Shown here: positions 1 to 6,370 of the stretch, piece after piece
Numbering within the stretch: position 1 is the stretch's first letter
Layout: each line of letters opens with the position of its first letter
IMG/VR virus record: IMGVR_UViG_3300045988_076218
Coordinates: 1 to 31,798 of that record
DNA: 31,798 nucleotides
Reading direction: 5' to 3' (one strand)
DNA from: a virus
Notes under the pieces: model-generated
Told to the model about the DNA's origin: nothing
The model's database searches: none
Seen by the model: only the letters and a program-made list of their open reading frames with translations
Program-made: the position numbers and the translations under genes

Positions 1-55
1 CCTATAATGCTTCATCCTAATTTCCTCCTTCTTCAAAATAACGGCCCCGCCATCC
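1..55. repeat. Terminal direct repeat, copy 1 (identical to 31744..31798); signature of a circular molecule or circular assembly
   Basis: Read directly: cctataatgcttcatcctaatttcctccttcttcaaaataacggccccgccatcc occurs at both window ends. Minus-strand ORFs run continuously across the junction. Confidence 0.95.
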
Positions 56-146
56 GGCAGTAGACCAGCACTACTATGATGATTCCCACGCCCGTTGCCA
101 GGCCGATGAGAAATCCTGTAATTAGATCCCTTACGAATTGTTTCAA
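33..146 (-). CDS. Small predicted membrane peptide (37 aa, MKQFVRDLITGFLIGLATGVGIIIVVLVYCRMAGPLF), TTG start
   Basis: Hand translation. SD gaaaggagga lies 6 nt upstream of TTG. One hydrophobic helix. It spans the terminal-repeat junction. It is below the ORF-track length cutoff. Confidence 0.3.
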   Translation of the reverse strand: MKQFVRDLITGFLIGLATGVGIIIVVLVYCRMAGPLF

Positions 147-168
147 GGCTCGTCCTCCTTTCTACCGC

Positions 169-306
169 CTAAGCGGTTTTATCCTCTCGCTTTGGGACAT
201 ACTGCTCGACGAGTTTAAAAAACGCTTCTGTTTTATCATTTCTAGGTATACGTATGTCCTTCGGATTCGTGTAAATCTTTCCATCATTGGTTTTGATTGT
301 CACCAA
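169..306 (-). CDS. Small hypothetical protein (45 aa, (M)VTIKTNDGKIYTNPKDIRIPRNDKTEAFFKLVEQYVPKREDKTA), TTG start
   Basis: Hand translation. SD-like gagagg lies 8 nt upstream of TTG. It follows the cro-like gene in the same direction. Confidence 0.25.
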   Translation of the reverse strand: MVTIKTNDGKIYTNPKDIRIPRNDKTEAFFKLVEQYVPKREDKTA

Positions 307-456
307 ACGCACCACCTCTCTAATATGTATGACCTACGGATTGTCCAGCTTTACCCCAAAGGAACTTATTAATAAAATATTGCTATTTCTCCCACCCACA
401 CCATCTCCTTTTCAAAGTACTTTTTCTGGGACACCATATGCGTTATTATGTGGTTG

Positions 457-642
457 TTACTCGAGGAAGTACTCGATTGATACTCCAAAGTACTCCGCAA
501 GGATTTTGAGTTTGTCAATTTTAGGCTTGCTCCTACCGGATTTCCAGTCAGTAAACGTAGATTTAGTAATACCAGTATCTAAGGATACTCTATAATCCGT
601 TATGCCTATCTTATCGCGTAAAGCAACATATTTTTCGTACAT
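457..642 (-). CDS. XRE-family helix-turn-helix regulator (Cro-like, 61 aa)
   Basis: HTH_3-type sequence ITKSTFTDWKSGRSKPKIDKLKILAEYFGVSIEYF. It is divergent from a paralogous XRE repressor gene. Confidence 0.85.
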   Translation of the reverse strand: MYEKYVALRDKIGITDYRVSLDTGITKSTFTDWKSGRSKPKIDKLKILAEYFGVSIEYFLE

Positions 643-660
643 TTATTTTTTCACCCACCC

Positions 661-760
661 TTTCCGAACTTTTCTATTGAATTTAGTTCGGAAATCAGTT
701 ATAATACATTTACCAGATATATTACATAAAGCCAATGGCTTGTTTTGATTTCCGAACTTT
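661..760. promoter_or_regulatory. Putative operator repeats of the lysis/lysogeny switch (TTTCCGAACT, three copies)
   Basis: The identical 12-mer tttccgaacttt occurs at 661..672 and 749..760. An inverted 10-mer agttcggaaa occurs at 685..694. All lie in the divergent intergenic region between the two XRE genes. Confidence 0.5.
677..705 (+). promoter_or_regulatory. Candidate sigma-A promoter (TTGAAT - 17 nt - TATAAT) reading toward the repressor operon
   Basis: The -35 ttgaat is at 677..682, the spacer is 17 nt, and the -10 tataat is at 700..705. The inverted operator copy sits in the spacer. Confidence 0.45.
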
Positions 761-768
761 GTACAAGT

Positions 769-797
769 ATGTTAACACGGATATCAGAACTTGTCAA
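769..797 (-). promoter_or_regulatory. Candidate promoter (TTGACA - 17 nt - TAACAT) reading toward the cro-like gene
   Basis: On the minus strand, ttgaca is at 797..792, the spacer is 17 nt, and taacat is at 774..769. Confidence 0.3.
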
Positions 798-842
798 TAG
801 TTTTTGTACGGATTTTAAAACTTATTTTAAAAGGAGTAAATT

Positions 843-1160
843 ATGTACGAAATTTATTGCAGACTGAGGGATGAAAGAGGCTTAAAAGATGCTGATGTTG
901 TTAGAGAAACGAAAATTACAAAATCAACTTTTTCGGATTGGAAAAGCGGGCGTAGCAAGCCTAAAAATGATAAGTTACAAAAAATCGCTGATTTCTTTGG
1001 CGTATCAATTGAGTATTTAATGACGGGTGATGAGCCAGTAAAAAAAGAACCTCTTCTTACTTCAAAGGATGAACGTGATATTGCTAAAACCGTATCTGAA
1101 TTGATGAGCAAGTTAGATTCACAGGATGGAGCACCTTTATTTTTGATGGTGAAGAAATAA
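843..1160 (+). CDS. ImmR/CI-like XRE-family repressor, reading frame terminated early after a T5 run
   Basis: The N-terminal HTH (ITKSTFSDWKSGRSKPKNDKLQKIADFFGVSIEYL) is paralogous to 457..642. SD aaaggag precedes the ATG. An ImmA gene follows. The expected C-terminus continues in another frame (see 1145..1264). Confidence 0.85.
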   Translation: MYEIYCRLRDERGLKDADVVRETKITKSTFSDWKSGRSKPKNDKLQKIADFFGVSIEYLMTGDEPVKKEPLLTSKDERDIAKTVSELMSKLDSQDGAPLFLMVKK

Positions 1161-1264
1161 CTCCAGAAACAAAAATACTTTTTGAGCAGCAATTAAAATC
1201 GTTGGTCACCACAGTTAAAGAAATCAACAAGGTAAAATACCATCCCGGAAAAAATAAAGAGTAG
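1145..1264 (+). other. Displaced C-terminal segment of the ImmR-like repressor in the -1 frame (DGEEITPETKILFEQQLKSLVTTVKEINKVKYHPGKNKE*)
   Basis: Hand translation of the frame starting at gat (1145) and ending at tag (1262..1264). The pattern LF-x-DGE...E(E/T)..L resembles the C-terminal region of ICEBs1-type ImmR repressors. Confidence 0.6.
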
Positions 1265-1274
1265 GTGATATGCA

Positions 1275-1706
1275 TTGCGCCAAGATATAAAGGCCATGGT
1301 AAATCAAATAGTTAAAAAATATAAAACTCATGATCCTTACGAACTTTGTGACTATATGAATGTATTATTGCAAATTGGGGATCTAGGAGAAACATTGGGC
1401 TGTTATTTATTAATTAAAAGACAAAAATGTATATTGCTGAATAAAAAAATACTTAGAACGCCACTAGAAAAAGTGGTGCTTTCACATGAATTGGGACATT
1501 CTAAAATGCATTGGAAAAACGACTGCTATTTCTATGGAAGCACGCTTTTTTCAAAAATTAGAGAAGAGAATGAAGCCAACGCATTTGCTGCCGAATTGCT
1601 CATACCTGATAATTTGATATATGAAAATCCTGGTATGACTCAAAGTCAAATAGCAAAAATTGCTGGACATGATGAAAGAATTATGGCATTTAAAAGTTTC
1701 CGTTAA
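1275..1706 (+). CDS. ImmA/IrrE-family zinc metallopeptidase (anti-repressor protease)
   Basis: HEXXH motif (SHELGHSKMH) with a downstream E in EENEANAFAAELLIP. It sits immediately downstream of the XRE repressor. The start may be TTG 1275 or ATG 1296. Confidence 0.85.
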   Translation: MRQDIKAMVNQIVKKYKTHDPYELCDYMNVLLQIGDLGETLGCYLLIKRQKCILLNKKILRTPLEKVVLSHELGHSKMHWKNDCYFYGSTLFSKIREENEANAFAAELLIPDNLIYENPGMTQSQIAKIAGHDERIMAFKSFR

Positions 1707-1774
1707 TATTACGCCAGATGGCTTAACATAGAGAAAATGTGGTGTTTTATGGTACAAAAGAAACGAGGGATAAT

Positions 1775-2278
1775 ATGGGATTCACGGACAAGTTAAAGGA
1801 TATTGCAAATACCGCAAATAAAATTGCAAACTCTTTGAAAAATGCTAAAACAGAAAGCAAAGAGTTCTCAGAAGAAGTGTTTTATGTAGTAGGAACTGCC
1901 TACTACAAAGACAATATCAAAAAAATTATGAAGCCTAATAAAGAATACAAGAGCCAAACAAAAACTATTATAAAGAATGGGCATGTTGGACAGAAGATAT
2001 TTCAATACCTTTATCTTGACACTCCTGCAGAATTAATTCCAGAGCCCCAAAACGAGCATGACAAGAACGCAGTTAAAGTTTGTATAGATGGTAAATTAGT
2101 AGGATATATCAAACGAGAAGAGACATTGAAAATTAAAAAACTTCTTAAAACAGCCGAAATTAAATATATAAATGCACTTGTTACTGGCGGAAAATACAAA
2201 ATAATTTTTCTAAATGATGATGTTTTTAAAGATGAAAGTAATTTTATTATCAGATTAAAAATAGGCTATTACAAGTAA
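1775..2278 (+). CDS. HIRAN-domain protein (moron in the lysogeny module)
   Basis: HIRAN-like core VVGTAYYKDNI...LIPEPQNEHDKNAVKVCIDGKLVGYIKREETLKIKKLL. SD gaggga lies before ATG 1775. The ORF track begins at GTG 1739. Confidence 0.7.
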   Translation: MGFTDKLKDIANTANKIANSLKNAKTESKEFSEEVFYVVGTAYYKDNIKKIMKPNKEYKSQTKTIIKNGHVGQKIFQYLYLDTPAELIPEPQNEHDKNAVKVCIDGKLVGYIKREETLKIKKLLKTAEIKYINALVTGGKYKIIFLNDDVFKDESNFIIRLKIGYYK

Positions 2279-2453
2279 AAACCGCCCGGTGCTTCCAACA
2301 CCGAACAGCCAAACATATACCCGAAGATATACACTATACTAACAAAAATATTGTATCATCTTCGGAGCAGCCTTGCAAGCGGAACACCAGTTCCTCGCTG
2401 GCTGTTATTTTTATACCCATTTTTACGTATAGAATTAAGAAGGAGATGGTACA

Positions 2454-3830
2454 ATGAACAAAGTTATCCGCTGTGCCTGCTACGTCCGGGTTTCCACAGA
2501 CAACCAGCTAGAAAATTACAGCATTAAAGAACAGACGGAACGTCTTACAGCATTTTGCAAAGCCAAGGATTACCTGATTGTTAAATTCTACACTGACGGT
2601 GCTTTCTCTGGTGGAAGTATAAACAGACCTGCCCTGCAGCAAATGCTTGGCGATATTGAAAAAGGACTGATTGATGCCGTAATTGTCTATAAGCTTGATC
2701 GTTTGTCAAGAGAACAGAAGGACACGCTCATGCTAATAGAAGATAAGTTCCTTGCCAACCACGTAGATTTTATTTCATTGTGCGAGAATTTTGATACATC
2801 TACTCCTTTTGGTCTGGCAATGATAGGAATCCTCTCTGCATTTTCACAGCTTGAAAAGAATCAGATTACCGAGCGGTTCACGATGGGTCGAATCGGACGG
2901 GCGAAAAACGGATTATTCCACGGTGGCTCTGTGGCTCCTACCGGCTATGATTATATAGATGGACAGCTGGTAATTAATGAATATGAAGCTTTGCAGGTCC
3001 GAGATCTATATACCCGCTTTTCAAAAGGATACTCCCTTCATAATTGCTGGCAGTATATGCAGAAACATTATTACACAAAATATGGGGGTTGGAAAAGCGA
3101 AACCCTTGTAAGAAATGTATTGAAAAATGATGTCTACATAGGAAAGGTGAAGTTTAACGGCCAGTCTTATCCAGGGATACATGAGCCTATTATACCCGAA
3201 GAACTGTTCCAGACTGTACAGGACATCTTTGAACATTCTCGGAGAGATATGCCCTCTTTTAAGCGTTCCCCCTTCAAAGCAAATACCTTGTTAAGCGGAC
3301 TTATATATTGCGGCAAATGTGGGGCAAGGTGCCACGGAGAACATGGTAATTACACCTGTTACAGCCGTTCAAAGGGTGATAAGCGCCAGATAAAAGACCC
3401 TGATTGTAAAAATAAAAAGTGGAAAATCGAAGAATTGGATGTCCTTGTAATAAAATATGTATCCGAACTGGATTTTGAGGAGACTGAGTCTGTCGAAGTA
3501 CCTGTACAGACAAAAGTAGATTACGGGAAAAGGATCAGTGAAATAGAAAAGCAGTTATCAAAACTTATTGACCTGTATCAGATTAGTGATATTTCTTTTG
3601 AAACCATTTCGGAGAAAATTGAAAAACTTAGCAAAGAGAAAAATGCACTTATAGAAGAATCGGAGAAAGAACTACCGGAACAGACTTCGAATGCAGATCG
3701 GCTTAAATTCCAGGAACGCTTTCTTGCGCTTCTTGACAATGGTCCTCTGCCTGAGAAAAGAGCCTGTTTAACACAATTAATTGAACGGATTACCATCACG
3801 GATGAAGATATCGAAATTACTTTAAAATAA
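2454..3830 (+). CDS. Large serine recombinase (phage integrase type)
   Basis: The N-terminal resolvase domain has the catalytic-Ser context CYVRVSTDNQ, plus YKLDRLSR. A recombinase domain and a Cys-rich zinc ribbon (CGKCGARCHG...YTCYS) follow, then a C-terminal coiled coil. SD aaggaga precedes the start. Confidence 0.95.
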   Translation: MNKVIRCACYVRVSTDNQLENYSIKEQTERLTAFCKAKDYLIVKFYTDGAFSGGSINRPALQQMLGDIEKGLIDAVIVYKLDRLSREQKDTLMLIEDKFLANHVDFISLCENFDTSTPFGLAMIGILSAFSQLEKNQITERFTMGRIGRAKNGLFHGGSVAPTGYDYIDGQLVINEYEALQVRDLYTRFSKGYSLHNCWQYMQKHYYTKYGGWKSETLVRNVLKNDVYIGKVKFNGQSYPGIHEPIIPEELFQTVQDIFEHSRRDMPSFKRSPFKANTLLSGLIYCGKCGARCHGEHGNYTCYSRSKGDKRQIKDPDCKNKKWKIEELDVLVIKYVSELDFEETESVEVPVQTKVDYGKRISEIEKQLSKLIDLYQISDISFETISEKIEKLSKEKNALIEESEKELPEQTSNADRLKFQERFLALLDNGPLPEKRACLTQLIERITITDEDIEITLK

Positions 3831-3837
3831 ATTGCAG

Positions 3838-3871
3838 ATTTACAAATCCCATGCACATGGGCTTTGTAAAT
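3838..3871. repeat. 34-bp near-perfect palindrome just 3' of the recombinase gene (bidirectional terminator and/or attP candidate)
   Basis: atttacaaatcccatg-ca-catgggctttgtaaat gives 16 paired positions with one mismatch (3847/3862). Confidence 0.6.
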
Positions 3872-3877
3872 TTGTAA

Positions 3878-3911
3878 TAGAAAATTACCCCGGAGTTTTG
3901 ACGCCCCGGGG
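3878..3911 (-). terminator. Intrinsic terminator candidate after the endolysin gene
   Basis: The stem pairs ccccgg (3888..3893) with ccgggg (3906..3911). On the minus strand it is followed by taattttct. Confidence 0.5.
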
Positions 3912-3925
3912 CCTTGATGATGCTG

Positions 3926-4702
3926 TTATGATAATCCCAGCAACTTGCTCCAAGTCTTTGGTCCAACGATGCCATCCACAACAAGCCCCATCGCCCGCTG
4001 AAATGCCATAATTGCCGCTTTTGTCTTTACGCCAAAGACGCCATCTACAGATCCACAATTGAAGCCAAGTGCATTTAGTTTTCTCTGCACCCACCTGGTA
4101 ATATTACCCTGAGCCCCCCTCTTAAGCATGGGACATCCGGCCAAGGTAATCGGTCCCGGTATATTATCTACCTTCTGGGAAGAAAACCCCTGAACATTAC
4201 ACTCATTCTGTAGCTCTGCAATCTCCCCTGATACCTGCACCGGCTGTGAGGTTGTAACTGAAACGCTGCCGCTTGCTCCAGCAATCTCCGCAAATGGAAA
4301 CTTTGCGCCGGGGCAGGCAGTTGCGCATACATCTCTGTGGGCTTGCACTTGACTGACGCCGTACTTGCCTTTTAACCAGGCTACTAGCTCTTTCCCGGCC
4401 TGTTTCTGCACATCCGGCATAATTTCTACATCATAATCTCCTTCAAAGCAGATACCGATACTGTCAGAGTTGCTTCCAGATGCGTGGGCACCTACTGCCC
4501 CTTCAGGCCGTAACCTGTAAATCGACCCATCTTTTCTAACTTCAAAATGATATCCTGCTCCGGACCAACCATTCTGTAAATGCAGCCGGTGGATCTGTTC
4601 CGGCGAGTATACACTAGCATCTGCATGATGCAGAATAAGACGGTTAGTCCTACTTCTGTAACTCAGGGACCTGAACTGTAAATTTGTTTCAATTATATTC
4701 AT
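3926..4702 (-). CDS. Endolysin: N-acetylmuramoyl-L-alanine amidase (Amidase_2/PGRP type) with a C-terminal PG_binding_1 domain
   Basis: Motifs: LILHHADA, GYHFEV, AHRDVCATACPG (Zn ligands). The C-terminus reads LGFNCGSVDGVFGVKTKAAIMAFQRAMGLVVDGIVGPKTWSKL. The start was moved to ATG 4702 behind SD aggaaggaga. Confidence 0.9.
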   Translation of the reverse strand: MNIIETNLQFRSLSYRSRTNRLILHHADASVYSPEQIHRLHLQNGWSGAGYHFEVRKDGSIYRLRPEGAVGAHASGSNSDSIGICFEGDYDVEIMPDVQKQAGKELVAWLKGKYGVSQVQAHRDVCATACPGAKFPFAEIAGASGSVSVTTSQPVQVSGEIAELQNECNVQGFSSQKVDNIPGPITLAGCPMLKRGAQGNITRWVQRKLNALGFNCGSVDGVFGVKTKAAIMAFQRAMGLVVDGIVGPKTWSKLLGLS

Positions 4703-4751
4703 ATTTTTCTCCTTCCTGTGCGACGTCGCATAAAGTAAAAAGAGGACGCTG

Positions 4752-5225
4752 TTACGCGCCCTCTGAATCATTATTCACGATACTGTCTGCCACCTGCAGA
4801 CCTTTAGTTAATATGGCTGGAACATTATAGCCAGCCTCTACGAAATTCTCCAAAATAGATCTGATTTCATTGATAATAAGGGATGCTAGGACGAACCAGC
4901 CTAATAATGTTGTGATTCCCAGATTAACCCCTATCGCCTTTCCAATCTCAATAAAGACTGCACCAGCCCCGAACGCTACCATAATCATAATCCAGTATCC
5001 AAGTTTTTTAAGTACCCCCTGCCAGCCTTTCACAGAGTTCTCTTTTTTCGCCATCCGGCTCTTCATCCAGCCGGTAATCCAATCCGCCACATTAAGCAGC
5101 AAAAACGCCACGAACAAAATCCAGTGTTCTCCTAATATGTAAGAAAGCACAGCCACCACTGTCCCAGCAATTGCATTGTATCCATCAATGATTGCATCTG
5201 CATAATATATGTTCATTTTATTCAT
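4752..5225 (-). CDS. Holin (phage_holin_4 / toxin-secretion holin-like, multi-TM)
   Basis: Several hydrophobic helices, a WITGW motif, and a position directly upstream of the endolysin. Confidence 0.75.
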   Translation of the reverse strand: MNKMNIYYADAIIDGYNAIAGTVVAVLSYILGEHWILFVAFLLLNVADWITGWMKSRMAKKENSVKGWQGVLKKLGYWIMIMVAFGAGAVFIEIGKAIGVNLGITTLLGWFVLASLIINEIRSILENFVEAGYNVPAILTKGLQVADSIVNNDSEGA

Positions 5226-5273
5226 TTACCTCACTTCCTTTACTACCTGGAAGGACCTGTGTTAAAGCAGGTC

Positions 5274-5411
5274 CTATTCCATCAATTTTTCTGCCAGTTC
5301 TGGCACCTCCAGATCAATCAGGATCTGTTTCACCTGTTCCCTAATCGTATCTGGCACCTGGGCAATGGTCTTTTTGCCTTTCACAATCAGGGTAGCATAG
5401 ATAACTGCCAT
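5274..5411 (-). CDS. Small conserved phage protein (45 aa, XkdX/CD1375-like), paralog 2
   Basis: MAVIYATLIVKGKKTIAQVPDTIREQVKQIL... lies behind SD ggaaggaggtgg. The longer track ORF 5274..5549 has an implausible N-terminus. Confidence 0.5.
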   Translation of the reverse strand: MAVIYATLIVKGKKTIAQVPDTIREQVKQILIDLEVPELAEKLME

Positions 5412-5463
5412 CACTTCCACCTCCTTCCGAAAGACTATTTTGGAAATAAAAAACAGGACATCC

Positions 5464-5595
5464 TTAATCAATGTCCTGAATTCTCTGATCATCTGCATCA
5501 CCCAGAAGTTGCTGAACCTCTTCCCTAATATTTCCCGGAACCTGATCAATGGTTTTCTCCCCTTTTCGGATTAAGTCCGCATATATCTTTGGCAT
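5464..5595 (-). CDS. Small conserved phage protein (43 aa), paralog 1
   Basis: Hand translation: MPKIYADLIRKGEKTIDQVPGNIREEVQQLLGDADDQRIQDID*. It is clearly paralogous to 5274..5411. An in-frame ATG also exists at 5604. Confidence 0.5.
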   Translation of the reverse strand: MPKIYADLIRKGEKTIDQVPGNIREEVQQLLGDADDQRIQDID

Positions 5596-5604
5596 ATACG
5601 ACAT

Positions 5605-5970
5605 TTACTTCACCATCCCTTCATAAATCTCACAAATGGCCATCTGTAGATCAGTGATCTGTGTCACATTTGCTTCAACTGTTTTTTTCATCTCCACCGC
5701 CTTCTCTTCCGGAGTTTTTCCAGGCTTGTACATTACAATCCCATAAATTCCTCCAGTATACTCTTCTGTTCTATAAAACTCAGTATGACCTTCATACTCG
5801 GCAATAATCTGTCCTCTTTCTTTTACCTGAATCTTCTTGGTCTTTACCGGATCCTCGAAAGTGTGACGTAATTGCGAGGGATCAATTAAGGATAATACTG
5901 TCAAATAGTCACCTTCGCACCGTACCGCTTGTACGGACAATTCCGATGCGTCATTGAATATAATCTTCAA
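5605..5970 (-). CDS. Hypothetical protein of the tail/lysis junction
   Basis: Track ORF is 5605..6000. A TTG at 5970 behind SD aaaggaga is the more plausible start. No recognisable motif. Confidence 0.5.
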   Translation of the reverse strand: MKIIFNDASELSVQAVRCEGDYLTVLSLIDPSQLRHTFEDPVKTKKIQVKERGQIIAEYEGHTEFYRTEEYTGGIYGIVMYKPGKTPEEKAVEMKKTVEANVTQITDLQMAICEIYEGMVK

Positions 5971-6047
5971 ATCTTCTCCTTTCCGTGCGATGTCGCGCAC
6001 TATAATAAGAGCCGTTCGGCTCTGGTCAATAAAGTTCCTTTTCGTTT

Positions 6048-6062
6048 ACTAAATAGAAAATT
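6048..6062. repeat. Inverted repeat, left copy (ACTAAATAGAAAATT)
   Basis: Perfect reverse complement of 6717..6731. Confidence 0.9.
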
Positions 6063-6369
6063 ATTGCCGTGGGATGCATGGCGCCAGTCCTTCTTGGGGA
6101 CACATATCTACCGTCTACAGTTCGGCGACATTAATGGCAATATCATACAGACAAATCAATTATCAATTCCCTGGCTGCCTTCGGAGGTTACTGTAGCATT
6201 GTCAAAAATTAATATCCCCGGAGCAGGCACTATAGCGATTGATTATAAGTCAGCATATCTTACCACCGAAGGAGGACTGTACATATACTGCTCGACAGCA
6301 GGGGCCGCCGGAGTTGCAAGTCTCAAGTGGCAGGTTGTAGATGCGACTATAGTCATACAACGTAAATAA
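6061..6369 (+). other. Silent alternative C-terminal cassette (102 codons) for the 6371..7219 tail gene
   Basis: This is the protein-like part of plus ORF 5929..6369 (LLPWDAWRQSFLGTHIYRLQFGDINGNIIQTNQLSIPWLPSEVTVALSKINIPGAGTIAIDYKSAYLTTEGGLYIYCSTAGAAGVASLKWQVVDATIVIQRK). It has no own SD or start. The ORF portion upstream of the repeat is antisense to gene 5605..5970. Confidence 0.6.
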
Positions 6370-6370
6370 C

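Noticed and set aside
76-595. Plus-strand ORFs 76..372 and 287..595
   Set aside because: One is antisense to the XRE gene 457..642, and both are antisense to small minus-strand ORFs that do have SD sequences. The translations are hydrophobic junk without motifs.
1137-1146. Programmed -1 frameshifting as the explanation for the split repressor
   Set aside because: tta ttt ttg does not form a canonical X XXY YYZ heptamer, and no obvious downstream stimulatory structure was seen. A homopolymer indel, real or sequencing-derived, is the simpler explanation. It is kept only as a minor alternative.
5929-6047. N-terminal part of plus ORF 5929..6369 as an independent gene start
   Set aside because: This stretch is antisense to gene 5605..5970 and its leader, and has no SD. 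The protein-like sequence begins only at the inverted repeat. I therefore interpret the ORF as a start-less cassette rather than a stand-alone gene.
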